Origin: Lingula anatina
Taxonomy: Eukaryota > Animalia > Brachiopoda
Assembly (NCBI GenBank): GCA_051362555.1
Contig: CM120643.1
Location: 5,084,001 to 5,148,000 of the forward strand
Reading direction: 5' to 3'
Length of the DNA: 64,000 nt
Under the pieces are notes generated by a model, which had not been told where the DNA came from, searched no databases, and saw only the letters and a program-made list of their open reading frames with translations. Both the position numbers and the translations under genes were made by a program. Positions 1 through 13,115 of the stretch are shown here, piece after piece (within the stretch, counting starts at the first letter, position 1; every line of letters begins with the position of its first letter).

Positions 1-1069
1 TTGATATAAACAAAATTTCATGTATACATCTTGATGACTTTGCATTGTCTGTTGATATATTGAATGTGTCTGTATGTATTCTGATCACTGTCTATCTCTT
101 TATTGTCACTGTATGTGTTTATTATAATATAATAATATATTTTGATCACTGTGTTACACATTTTTTAAAAATGGCCCAATTCTTTTTCACCAAGTGGGCC
201 AAAATGGCCCTACCAGATTTTGACCCAGGTATAAAGATCCCTGTTATTCTCAGGAAAATCCAATTTATTTACTTTTTAAAACATAAAATCAATAGAATGT
301 TTCTAATATAAATTTTCAAAACAACACCAGAGGGCAAATTAAATCAAATCAACCAGTGGCTAAACACAGGCAGGCTTTGTCAATTACACCAACTTGTTTA
401 TTTCAAACAGTGCACTTTTCGGACATGCGCAGTCGTTTGAATCCTGTGCTATTGTGTGAACAATTTATTTCAATGAATTATAGAAATCAATTTCTTCATT
501 TTCCTTTGGTTTGTTTCATATTTTCTATTTCAAGATATGATACTTTACTGCTTGGGGATGCTCTTCCCATTGCTGCATTTTACAATGTAGTGCTTGCTTT
601 ATCCACTTGGCGGCAGCACCTTACAGTGAGGCTGAAGTCTTCATTAAGTCTCAATGATGTCTTGGTGTGTTTCTGACTCTGTGTGAATGTGTGTGTGTGT
701 GTCTGTGTGTGTGTGAGAAAGAGAAAAAGTTTGTGTGTGTGTATGTGTGAGTTAGAGAGAGAGGAGGAGAGAGAGAGAGAGAAAGCTTGTTTGTGGGAGG
801 GTGTGGTAAGAGAGATAGAGAATTTAGTATTAAAAAAGCTCAAAGAACTTCAAAATTGATTTTAAAAAACTAAACAATAATTTTATGCCAATTTTGAAAG
901 TTGTATTATTTTTAGAATACAAAAACAGAAAAATTTGACATTTTGTTAAAACAAAGAAGTGTTCAGCTTATCCAGTATTTTAAAAATAATAAAAAATTAT
1001 ATAACACACACATGATCAGGCGAAAAATCTCTTTATATGTGTAATATTGTGCTATATATCATGCATACT

Positions 1070-1661
1070 CAGTTTTAGATATGCTCAAGGTGACAATAAA
1101 GGGTAAATGTGAACTGTTGAGATTTGGGTGGGGGTGGGAATGAGTTGTGCGCTTAGCAAAAATCTTGATATAGACAAAATTTTATAGATACATTCTGATG
1201 CCTGTGTATTGTCTGTTGTGACATTGAATTAGTCTGTATGTATTCTGATCATCTGAACTCAACTCAACCTCACATCATCAGCACAGGTCAGTGCAACAAC
1301 GATATTGGTACACTGGTGATTCTCTTCAATCCCATTTTGAACATTGCCGCTATATGTTTTACCTGCAAAATTATCATTTTTGAAAAAGGTGAATTAGATC
1401 CCACTCAGTTTTATATATATATTCAAGGTGACAAGGGTTAATGTAAACTGTTGGGGGGGGGGGGGGGGGGGGAGTTCACTAAGCAAAAATCTTTATATAG
1501 ACAAAATTTCATGTATAACTGATGCTTGTTCATTGTCTGTTGTGACATTGAATGTGTCTGCTTGTATTCTGATCACTGTCTATGTCTTTATTGTTCCTGT
1601 ATGTGTTTATTATAATATAATAATATATTTTGATCACTGTGTTATGTCTGTGTTGTAACTA

Positions 1662-1745
<84 letters not shown>

Positions 1746-3137
1746 TTTTTTCTTTCATTGATGATTTATTATCTGTTTTTAATAGAAATGAAGGCGTGTT
1801 TCCAGGATTATCATCACATTGAGGACAGTTGAATTCATCTGTTCACCATCTCCTTCTACAACCACACAGTATCAGGAAAGGTCAGTGCAACAACGATATT
1901 GCTACACTGGTGATTCTATTCAATCCCATTGTGACCATCACCACTATATGTTGTAACTGGGAAATTATCATTTGTAAATGGGTCATTGAGATCCAAATCA
2001 GTTTTTGATATGTTCAGGGTGACAAGGGTCAATGTTAACTGTTTGGAGTTGGGGGGGCGAGCGTTCGCTGGGCAAAACTCTTGATATAAACAAAATTTCA
2101 TGTATACATCTTGATGACTTTGCATTGTCTGTTGATATATTGAATGTGTCTGTATGTATTCTGATCACTGTCTATCTCTTTATTGTCACTGTATGTGTTT
2201 ATTATAATATAATAATATATTTTGATCACTGTGTTACACATTTTTTAAAAATGGCCCAATTCTTTTTCACCAAGTGGGCCAAAATGGCCCTACCAGATTT
2301 TGACCCAGGTATAAAGATCCCTGTTATTCTCAGGAAAATCCAATTTATTTACTTTTTAAAACATAAAATCAATAGAATGTTTCTAATATAAATTTTCAAA
2401 ACAACACCAGAGGGCAAATTAAATCAAATCAACCAGTGGCTAAACACAGGCAGGCTTTGTCAATTACACCAACTTGTTTATTTCAAACAGTGCACTTTTC
2501 GGACATGCGCAGTCGTTTGAATCCTGTGCTATTGTGTGAACAATTTATTTCAATGAATTATAGAAATCAATTTCTTCATTTTCCTTTGGTTTGTTTCATA
2601 TTTTCTATTTCAAGATATGATACTTTACTGCTTGGGGATGCTCTTCCCATTGCTGCATTTTACAATGTAGTGCTTGCTTTATCCACTTGGCGGCAGCACC
2701 TTACAGTGAGGCTGAAGTCTTCATTAAGTCTCAATGGTGTGTTTCTGACTCTGTGTGAATGTGTGTGTGTGTGTGTGAGAAAGAGAGAAAAAGTTTGTGT
2801 GTGTGTGTGTGTGTTTGTGAGTTATAGAGAGAGGGGGAGAGAGAGAGACAGAAAGCTTGTTTGTGGGAGGGTGTGGTAAGAGAGATAGAGAATTTAGTAT
2901 TAAAAAAGATCAAAGAACTTCAAAAGTGATTTTAAAAAACTAAACAATTTTATGCCAATTTTGAAAGTTGTATTATTTTTAGAATACAAAAACAAAAAAA
3001 TTTGACATTTTGTTAAAACAAAGAAGTGTTCAGCTTATCCAGTATTTTAAAAATAATAAAAAAATTATATAACACACACATGATCAGGCGAAAAATCTCT
3101 TTATATGTGTAATATTGTGCTATATATCATGCATACT
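1070..3137. repeat. Representative 2068-bp monomer with nested sub-repeats: A 1070-1405, B 1406-1998, partial 1999-2235, then a ~0.9-kb spacer
   Basis: The motif cagtttt..atat..tca(a/g)ggtgacaa...G-run...aaaattt...tattctgatca starts at 1070, 1406 and 1999 in diverged versions. The motif ggtcagtgcaacaacgatattg..acactggtgattct occurs in both A and B. Confidence 0.93.
1654..1750. repeat. (TA)n microsatellite plus poly-T, representative of the hypervariable tract in each full sub-repeat
   Basis: Directly visible; homologous tracts range from a few repeats to about 40 among units. Confidence 0.97.
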
Positions 3138-3516
3138 CAGTTTTAGATATGCTCAAGGTGACAATAAAGGGTAAATGTGAACTGTTGAGATTTGGGTGGG
3201 GGTGGGAATGAGTTGTGCGCTTAGCAAAAATCTTGATATAGACAAAATTTTATAGATACATTCTGATGCCTGTGTATTGTCTGTTGTGACATTGAATTAG
3301 TCTGTATGTATTCTGATCATCTGAACTCAACTCAACCTCACATCATCAGCACAGGTCAGTGCAACAACGATATTGGTACACTGGTGATTCTCTTCAATCC
3401 CATTTTGAACATTGCCGCTATATGTTTTACCTGCAAAATTATCATTTTGGAAAAAGGTGAATTAGATCCCACTCAGTTTTATATATATTCAAGGTGACAA
3501 GGGTTAATGTAAACTG

Positions 3517-3549
<33 letters not shown>

Positions 3550-4316
3550 CGGGAGTTCACTAAGCAAAAATCTTTATATAGACAAAATTTCATGTATAAC
3601 TGATGCTTGTTCATTGTCTGTTGTGACATTGAATGTGTCTGCTTGTATTCTGATCACTGTCTTTGTCTTTATTGTTCCTGTATGTGTTTATTATAATATA
3701 ATAATATATTTTGATCACTGTGTTATGTCTGTGTTGTAACTACCGTATATATCTAAATATATAATAGTATATATATATATATATATATACTTTTTTTTAA
3801 ATGATGATTTATCTGTTTTCAGTAGAAATGAAGGTGTGTTTCCAGGATTATCATCACATTGAGGACAGTTGAATTCATCTGTTCACCATCTCCTTCTACA
3901 ACCACACAGTATCAGGAAAGGTCAGTGCAACAACGATATTGCTACACTGGTGATTCTATTCAATCCCATTGTGACCATCGCCACTACATGTTGTAACTGG
4001 GAAATTATCATTTGTAAATGGGTCATTGAGATCTAAATCAGTTTTTGATATGTTCAGGGTGACAAGGGTTAATGTTAGCTGTTTGGAATTGGGGGATGAG
4101 GGTTCGCTGGGCAAAACTCTTGATATAAACAAAATTTCATGTATACATCTTGATGACTTTGCATTGTCTGTTGATATATTGAATGTGTCTGTATGTATTC
4201 TGATCACTGTCTTTGTCTTTGTTGTTGCTGTATGTGTTTATTATAATATAATAATATATTTTGATCACTGTGTTATGCCTGTGTTGTAACTACCGTATAT
4301 ATCTAAATATATAATA

Positions 4317-4350
<34 letters not shown>

Positions 4351-6071
4351 TTTTTTTTAAATGATGATTTATTATCTGTTTTCGGTAGAAATGAAGGCGT
4401 GTTTCCAGGATTATCATCACACTGAGGACAGTTGAATTCATCTGTTCACCATCTCCTTCTACAATGATATATTGATATATTGAATGTGTCTGTATGTATT
4501 CTGATCACTGTCTATCTCTTTATTGTCACTGTATGTGTTTATTATAATATAATAATATATTTTGATCACTGTGTTACACATTTTTTAAAAATGGCCCAAT
4601 TCTTTTTCACCAAGTGGGCCAAAATGGCCCTACCAGATTTTGACCCAGGTATAAAGATCCCTGTTATTCTCAGGAAAATCCAATTTATTTACTTTTTAAA
4701 ACATAAAATCAATAGAATGTTTCTAATATAAATTTTCAAAACAACACCAGAGGGCAAATTAAATCAAATCAACCAGTGGCTAAACACAGGCAGGCTTTGT
4801 CAATTACACCAACTTGTTTATTTCAAACAGTGCACTTTTCGGACATGCGCAGTCGTTTGAATCCTGTGCTATTGTGTGAACAATTTATTTCAATGAATTA
4901 TAGAAATCAATTTCTTCATTTTCCTTTGGTTTGTTTCATATTTTCTATTTCAAGATATGATACTTTACTGCTTGGGGATGCTCTTCCCATTGCTGCATTT
5001 TACAATGTAGTGCTTGCTTTATCCACTTGGCGGCAGCACCTTACAGTGAGGCTGAAGTCTTCATTAAGTCTCAATGATGTCTTGGTGTGTTTCTGACTCT
5101 GTGTGAATGTGTGTGTGTGTGTCTGTGTGTGTGTGAGAAAGAGAAAAAGTTTGTGTGTGTGTATGTGTGAGTTAGAGAGAGAGGAGGAGAGAGAGAGAGA
5201 GAAAGCTTGTTTGTGGGAGGGTGTGGTAAGAGAGATAGAGAATTTAGTATTAAAAAAGCTCAAAGAACTTCAAAATTGATTTTAAAAAACTAAACAATAA
5301 TTTTATGCCAATTTTGAAAGTTGTATTATTTTTAGAATACAAAAACAGAAAAATTTGACATTTTGTTAAAACAAAGAAGTGTTCAGCTTATCCAGTATTT
5401 TAAAAATAATAAAAAATTATATAACACACACATGATCAGGCGAAAAATCTCTTTATATGTGTAATATTGTGCTATATATCATGCATACTCAGTTTTAGAT
5501 ATGCTCAAGGTGACAATAAAGGGTAAATGTGAACTGTTGAGATTTGGGTGGGGGTGGGAATGAGTTGTGCGCTTAGCAAAAATCTTGATATAGACAAAAT
5601 TTTATAGATACATTCTGATGCCTGTGTATTGTCTGTTGTGACATTGAATTAGTCTGTATGTATTCTGATCATCTGAACTCAACTCAACCTCACATCATCA
5701 GCACAGGTCAGTGCAACAACGATATTGGTACACTGGTGATTCTCTTCAATCCCATTTTGAACATTGCCGCTATATGTTTTACCTGCAAAATTATCATTTT
5801 GGAAAAAGGTGAATTAGATCCCACTCAGTTTTATATATATTCAAGGTGACAAGGGTTAATGTAAACTGTTGGGGGGGGGGGGAGTTCACTAAGCAAAAAT
5901 CTTTATATAGACAAAATTTCATGTATAACTGATGCTTGTTCATTGTCTGTTGTGACATTGAATGTGTCTGCTTGTATTCTGATCACTGTCTATGTCTTTA
6001 TTGTTCCTGTATGTGTTTATTATAATATAATAATATATTTTGATCACTGTGTTATGTCTGTGTTGTAACTA

Positions 6072-6131
<60 letters not shown>

Positions 6132-9100
6132 TTTTTTTTTCATTGATGATTTATTATCTGTTTTTAATAGAAATGAAGGCGTGTTTCCAGGATTATCATC
6201 ACACTGAGGACAGTTGAATTCATCTGTTCACCATCTCCTTCTACAACCACACAGTATCAGCAAAGGTCAGTGCAACAACGATATTGCTACACTGGTGATT
6301 CTATTCAATCCCATTGTGACCATCACCACTATATGTTGTAACTGGGAAATTATCATTTGTAAATGGGTTATTGAGATCCAAATCAGTTTTTGATATGTTC
6401 AGGGTGACAAGGGTCAATGTTAACTGTTTGGAGTTGGGGGGGCGAGCGTTCGCTGGGCAAAACTCTTGATATAAACAAAATTTCATGTATACATCTTGAT
6501 GACTTTGCATTGTCTGTTGATATATTGAATGTGTCTGTATGTATTCTGATCACTGTCTATCTCTTTATTGTCACTGTATGTGTTTATTATAATATAATAA
6601 TATATTTTGATCACTGTGTTACACATTTTTTAAAAATGGCCCAATTCTTTTTCACCAAGTGGGCCAAAATGGCCCTACCAGATTTTGACCCAGGTATAAA
6701 GATCCCTGTTATTCTCAGGAAAATCCAATTTATTTACTTTTTAAAACATAAAATCAATAGAATGTTTCTAATATAAATTTTCAAAACAACACCAGAGGGC
6801 AAATTAAATCAAATCAACCAGTGGCTAAACACAGGCAGGCTTTGTCAATTACACCAACTTGTTTATTTCAAACAGTGCACTTTTCGGACATGCGCAGTCG
6901 TTTGAATCCTGTGCTATTGTGTGAACAATTTATTTCAATGAATTATAGAAATCAATTTCTTCATTTTCCTTTGGTTTGTTTCATATTTTCTATTTCAAGA
7001 TATGATACTTTACTGCTTGGGGATGCTCTTCCCATTGCTGCATTTTACAATGTAGTGCTTGCTTTATCCACTTGGCGGCAGCACCTTACAGTGAGGCTGA
7101 AGTCTTCATTAAGTCTCAATGATGTCTTGGTGTGTTTCTGACTCTGTGTGAATGTGTGTGTGTGTGTCTGTGTGTGTGTGTGAGAAAGAGAAAAAGTTTG
7201 TGTGTGTGTATGTGTGAGTTAGAGAGAGAGGGGGAGAGAGAGAGAGAGAAAGCTTGTTTGTGGGAGGGTGTGGTAAGAGAGATAGAGAATTTAGTATTAA
7301 AAAAGCTCAAAGAACTTCAAAATTGATTTTAAAAAACTAAACAATAATTTTATGCCAATTTTGAAAGTTGTATTATTTTTAGAATACAAAAACAGAAAAA
7401 TTTGACATTTTGTTAAAACAAAGAAGTGTTCAGCTTATCCAGTATTTTAAAAATAATAAAAAATTATATAACACACACATGATCAGGCGAAAAATCTCTT
7501 TATATCTGTAATATTGTGCCATTATATCATGCATACTCAGTTTTAGATATACTCAAGGTGACAATAAAGGGTAAATGTGAACTGTTGAGATTTGGTTGGG
7601 GGTGGGAGGGAGTTGTACGCTTAGCAAAAATCTTGATATAGACAAAATTTTATAGATACATTCTGATGCCTGTGTATTGTCTGTTGTGACATTGAATTAG
7701 TCTGTATGTATTCTGATCATCTGAACTCAACTCAACCTCACATCATCAGCACAGGTCAGTGCAACAACGATATTGGTACACTGGTGATTCTCTTCAATCC
7801 CATTTTGAACATTGCCGCTATATGTTTTACCTGCAAAATTATCATTTTGGAAAAAGGTGAATTAGATCCCACTCAGTTTTATATATATTCAAGGTGACAA
7901 GGGTTAATGTAAACTGTTGGGGGGGGGGGAGTTCACTAAGCAAAAATCTTTATATAGACAAAATTTCATGTATAACTGATGCTTGTTCATTGTCTGTTGT
8001 GACATTGAATGTGTCTGCTTGTATTCTGATCACTGTCTATGTCTTTATTGTTCCTGTATGTGTTTATTATAATATAATAATATATCTTCATCAGTGTTAT
8101 TTCTGTGTTGTAGCTACCATATATATATATATATATATACTTTTTTTTTAAATGATGATTTATTATCTGTTTTCAGTAGAAATGAAGGCGTGTTTCCAGG
8201 ATTATCATCACACTGAGGACAGTTGAATTCATCTGTTCACCATCTCCTTCTACAACCACACAGTATCAGCAAAGGTCAGTGCAACAAAGATATTGCTACA
8301 CTGGTGATTCTATTCAATCCCATTGTGACCATCGCCACTATATGTTGTAACTGGGAAATCATCATTGGTAAATGGATCATTTAGATCCAAATCAGTTTTT
8401 GATATGTTCAGGGTTACAAGGGTTAATGTTAACTGTTTGGAGATGGGGGGCGAGCATTCGCTGGGCAAAACTCTTGATATAAACAAAATTTCATGTATAC
8501 ATCTTGATGACTTTGCATTGTCTGTTGATATATTGAATGTGTCTGTATGTATTCTAATCACTGTCTTTGTCTTTGTTGTTGCTGCATGTATGTGTTTATT
8601 ATAATATAATAATATATTTTGATCACTGTGTTATGTCTGTGTTGTAACTACCGTATATATCTACATATATATATATACTTTTTTTAAAAATAATGATTTA
8701 TTATCTGTTTTCAGTAGAAATGAAGGCGTGTTTCCAGGATTATCATCACACTGAGGACAGTTGAATTCATCTGTTCACCATCTCCTTCTACAACCACACA
8801 GTATCAGCAAAGGTCAGTGCAACAACGATATTGCTACACTGGTGATTCTATTCAATCCCATTGTGACCATCACCACTATATGTTGTAACTGGGAAATTAT
8901 CATTTGTAAATGGGTCATTGAGATCCAAATCAGTTTTTGATATGTTGAGGGTGACAAGGGTCAATGTTAACTGTTTGGAGTTGGGGGGGCGAGAGTTCGC
9001 TGGGCAAAACTCTTGATATAAACAAAATTTCATGTATACATCTTGATGACTTTGCATTGTCTGTTGATATATTGAATGTGTCTGTATGTATTCTGATCAC

Positions 9101-9846
9101 TGTCTATCTCTTTATTGTCACTGTATGTGTTTATTATAATATAATAATATATTTTGATCACTGTGTTACACATTTTTTAAAAATGGCCCAATTCTTTTTC
9201 ACCAAGTGGGCCAAAATGGCCCTACCAGATTTTGACCCAGGTATAAAGATCCCTGTTATTCTCAGGAAAATCCAATTTATTTACTTTTTAAAACATAAAA
9301 TCATAGAATGTTTCTAATATAAATTTTCAAAACAACACCAGAGGGCAAATTAAATCAAATCAACCAGTGGCTAAACACAGGCAGGCTTTGTCAATTACAC
9401 CAACTTGTTTATTTCAAACAGTGCACTTTTCGGACATGCGCAGTCGTTTGAATCCTGTGCTATTGTGTGAACAATTTATTTCAATGAATTATAGAAATCA
9501 ATTTCTTCATTTTCCTTTGGTTTGTTTCATATTTTCTATTTCAAGATATGATACTTTACTGCTTGGGGATGCTCTTCCCATTGCTGCATTTTACAATGTA
9601 GTGCTTGCTTTATCCACTTGGCGGCAGCACCTTACAGTGAGGCTGAAGTCTTCATTAAGTCTCAATGATGTCTTGGTGTGTTTCTGACTCTGTGTGAATG
9701 TGTGTGTGTGTGTCTGTGTGTGTGTGTGAGAAAGAGAAAAAGTTTGTGTGTGTGTATGTGTGAGTTAGAGAGAGAGGAGGAGAGAGAGAGAGAGAAAGCT
9801 TGTTTGTGGGAGGGTGTGGTAAGAGAGATAGAGAATTTAGTATTAA

Positions 9847-12277
9847 AGGACAATGTTCATGTAAAAATCCATTTCTCGAATTTTGAAGATACAGCACTCA
9901 ATCTATACACTTGAGGTATGTTTTAATCGATCCCCGCCATTTAAAAATTATAAAAACAATCTATTAGTAGAAAAAAAAGCGTTTTAGTAAACCTCACCTC
10001 AATATGCAAAAATGAAGCAACAGATCTGGGTCACGTGGTACTGTGACGACAATCACGATAAAGGTCTATGAGACTCAACTGAGCTGCATACAGACGGAGA
10101 AGTTAAGGAAAGTTGTGTTGAACGGAGTTGAGGAATTTTCGTTATGCCTCGGTGTGTTGCCGTGGGATTCACCAAAATTGCAGCTCTCGTTGCCAATCTT
10201 TCTTTGTCTGTGACGGTCTTCCGTGACTTACTTACTAACTTCGGTGACAATAGTTGCGATGCTCTAGATCATGGTCACCTCAGGTGGTTTAGATCATATC
10301 AAGAGCTGGTAGTCTTTCAGATTAACTGTCATCAGTTGGCAAACTTACTGATTGCTGATGCATTTTAAATGCATTGTAGTTGACCAAAAGCTCGTTTACA
10401 ACAAACCTGTTAATTATGCACCGCTGCAATTCCCAAGCCAGGTGATAACAGGTATGAAAATCGTCTTGGTGGGTTTTCATATTTTTCAATATATCTCATT
10501 TATTTCATGGGGTTATTTTATTGGTATTTGTAAATGACGTTAAATATCAATACTTAAACAATTAAGTTCAAACACGGTCGCGAACATTAATAAAAGAAAT
10601 TGCTGTCAGGGTATCTTGAAGCTTCCGTGGAAGAAAACGTGTTGAGGAAAAACAGGAAAAAGAGCGTTATATTAAAGAAAAAATGGGAACTGCTATAATA
10701 AAATGGTTCGTTATCCTAATTCGTTTATGCTTTGAGGATTTGATTCTGAAGATTATTTCATCTGAAATATTAAATAATTTAAAAGATTGATTATTTTATA
10801 ACTTGAAACGCAAATTCTGCGTCAGTACGCAATTTTTTTTGCAAATATATAACACCGTGCTATATAACACCGTGCTATAAAGATCTACTCAAGAAAAAAA
10901 TTTGCTTGGGTAAAATTGAGTACGGAATGAACTGGAGACACTTGGCTTGTCATTAAGTTTACACGAAAATATGTCAGGTAACTTTATACTGTCTTTGAAA
11001 GAGTAAAGATTTAAAGATAATTTTATACAAACTTTGACGGGGGAAATACCTACAAAGAGTAATGGGCTATTTCGCCAACATCTTGTTGAAAATTTTACAC
11101 TGCAATTCTATTCAAATAAGCTAAGGAACTAACTGCCAAATTAATACTCTCATCACATAACAGGGGGGTAACCAGACCTGCAAAAATTGTACGCACATAT
11201 TTAAAAAGATTACAAGCACATACAGCAAAATGTAGACTTACGCAAAACATGAAGGACAGCGTAATCACAGCAAATGTACCTCATATAGTAGCTTAATTTC
11301 CATAAATAATAAAATCATCATTTAAGTCAAAAATATTCTTGCGATTTAATAACTATTTTAAAGGCGGTTAACTGAAATATAGTTTTATGATTTGTTTGTG
11401 AAAATTGCCCATGTCACCCTGTTAGTTTGGAGGTCCAAGCTGGATCAAGTCCGTGTTAAAATTCCTATGAAGTTGTGCAGGAAAAATTCTTCCTTTCTTT
11501 CTCTAGCTCCTCGATAAACCTGGTGTTCAGATTTTATCTAGTACCCCCAGGTCTACGGGAGCTGCGCTTTGTAACTAACGCACAGGTAGATTTTTACCTG
11601 AGATAACTGGAGTAAAGCTTAGATAGAGAGTGCGTTCGATACAAGCAAGACAAATTGAATGCCATTTAACCCTCTAATTAAGAGGTAAAGGAAGTTCCAG
11701 GTAGATGGATGATTAAGATAGGACTTGTAAAGGTAACGGGCATTGTTTACCTCAGTTTAATAAAAGTATGCAAGACGGAATGTCAGCGGTTTAATAAAAT
11801 AAATTGAATTTCACAAATAACATGGACCTCATATGCAATAATCAACATTTCCCTTAACTCATTCAAATGCAGTGTTTTATACAACTTGGGATAACCATAA
11901 TGAAATGTTTGTTAAAGAAATGACTAGACGGGAAATGGTTTTACACAGCTTCACGAGGATTTAGACCCCTCGGGTAAGAGATTTGAATGAGTATAAACTT
12001 TTATCAGAAGCCAGAGAAGTCATCTTACAGGTAGACAATGCAGCTCAGTTTGACAGCTAAGCACGCTCTGTTCTCCAGTGGCTCGATTGTCGTCATTGGA
12101 CCACGTGACCACGTAGCTCATTAACTCCCAGGCCGAGCAAATAGGACGTTTTTTAAAGCCAAAAATTTACAAAATGAGCTTTTAATTTGTGTATTTGGAT
12201 AAAGATATCGTTAGTTGGGCATGTTTTCTGAAGAATATGTTCCGTTCAGGCCATTCTGACGGCATGAAGCAAACCCT
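9847..12277 (+). mobile_element. Kolobok-like DNA transposon, degenerate/non-autonomous, 2431 bp
   Basis: TTAA duplicated at 9843-9846 and 12278-12281; sister units show the empty site tattaaaaaagctc. Termini are AGG...CCT with an imperfect 15-bp TIR (AGGACAATGTTCATG / AGGGTTTGCTTCATG). A THAP-like remnant lies inside. TTAA TSD, RR..YY ends and a THAP domain match the Kolobok superfamily. Confidence 0.85.
10144..10440 (+). pseudogene. Degenerate THAP zinc-finger N-terminus of a Kolobok transposase
   Basis: MPRCVAVGFTK at 10144 (TTC is one change from the second THAP Cys, TGC), a downstream Trp, HF at 10361-10366 and LCTAAIP at 10414-10434 resembling the AVPT box. The motifs lie in different frames. 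Confidence 0.6.
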
Positions 12278-13115
12278 TTAAAAAAGCTCAAAGAACTTCA
12301 AAATTGATTTTAAAAAACTAAACAATAATTTTATGCCAATTTTGAAAGTTGTATTATTTTTAGAATACAAAAACAGAAAAATTTGACATTTTGTTAAAAC
12401 AAAGAAGTGTTCAGCTTATCCAGTATTTTAAAAATAATAAAAAATTATATAACACACACATGATCAGGCGAAAAATCTCTTTATATCTGTAATATTGTGC
12501 CATTATATCATGCATACTCAGTTTTAGATATACTCAAGGTGACAATAAAGGGTAAATGTGAACTGTTGAGATTTGGGTGGGGGTGGGAGGGAGTTGTGCA
12601 CTTAGCAAAAATCTTGATATAGACAAAATTTTATAGATACATTCTGATGCCTGTGTATTGTCTGTTGTGACATTGAATTAGTCTGTATGTATTCTGATCA
12701 TCTGAACTCAACTCAACCTCACATCATCAGCACAGGTCAGTGCAACAACGATATTGGTACACTGGTGATTATCTTCAATCCCATTTTGTACATTGCTTCT
12801 ATATGTTTTACCTGCAAAATTATCATTTTGGAAAAAGGTGAATTAGATCCCACTCAGTTTTATATATATTCAAGGTGACAAGGGTTAATGTAAACTGTTG
12901 GGGGGGGGGGGGGGACGGGAGTTCACTAAGCAAAAATCTTTATATAGACAAAATTTCATGTATAACTGATGCTTGTTCATTGTCTGTTGTGACATTGAAT
13001 GTGTCTGCATGTATTCTGATCACTGTCTATGTCTTTATTGTTCCTGTATGTGTTTATTATAATATAATAATATATCTTGATCACTGTGTTATGTCTGTGT
13101 TGTAACTACCATATA

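Noticed and set aside
540-620. ATACTTTACTG start resembling U1 snRNA
   Set aside because: Mismatched in the invariant 5' splice-site-pairing sequence, with no recognisable U1 stem-loops or Sm site.
598-648. Minus-strand ATGA...GGAT hairpin resembling a SECIS element
   Set aside because: Lacks the apical AA at the expected spacing, has a large bulge, and no selenoprotein ORF is evident.
2111-2168. Second TGATGA...CTGA pair
   Set aside because: Only ~53 nt long, and paralogous sub-repeats read TGATGC.
4350-4430. Box C/D snoRNA-like pattern ATGATGA...CTGA in each sub-repeat (tandem snoRNA array idea)
   Set aside because: Boxes are not conserved across copies (CTGA>TTGA, ATGATGA>ATAATGA), the terminal stem is weak and I recognise no rRNA/snRNA guide. 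An Rfam/snoscan search would settle it.
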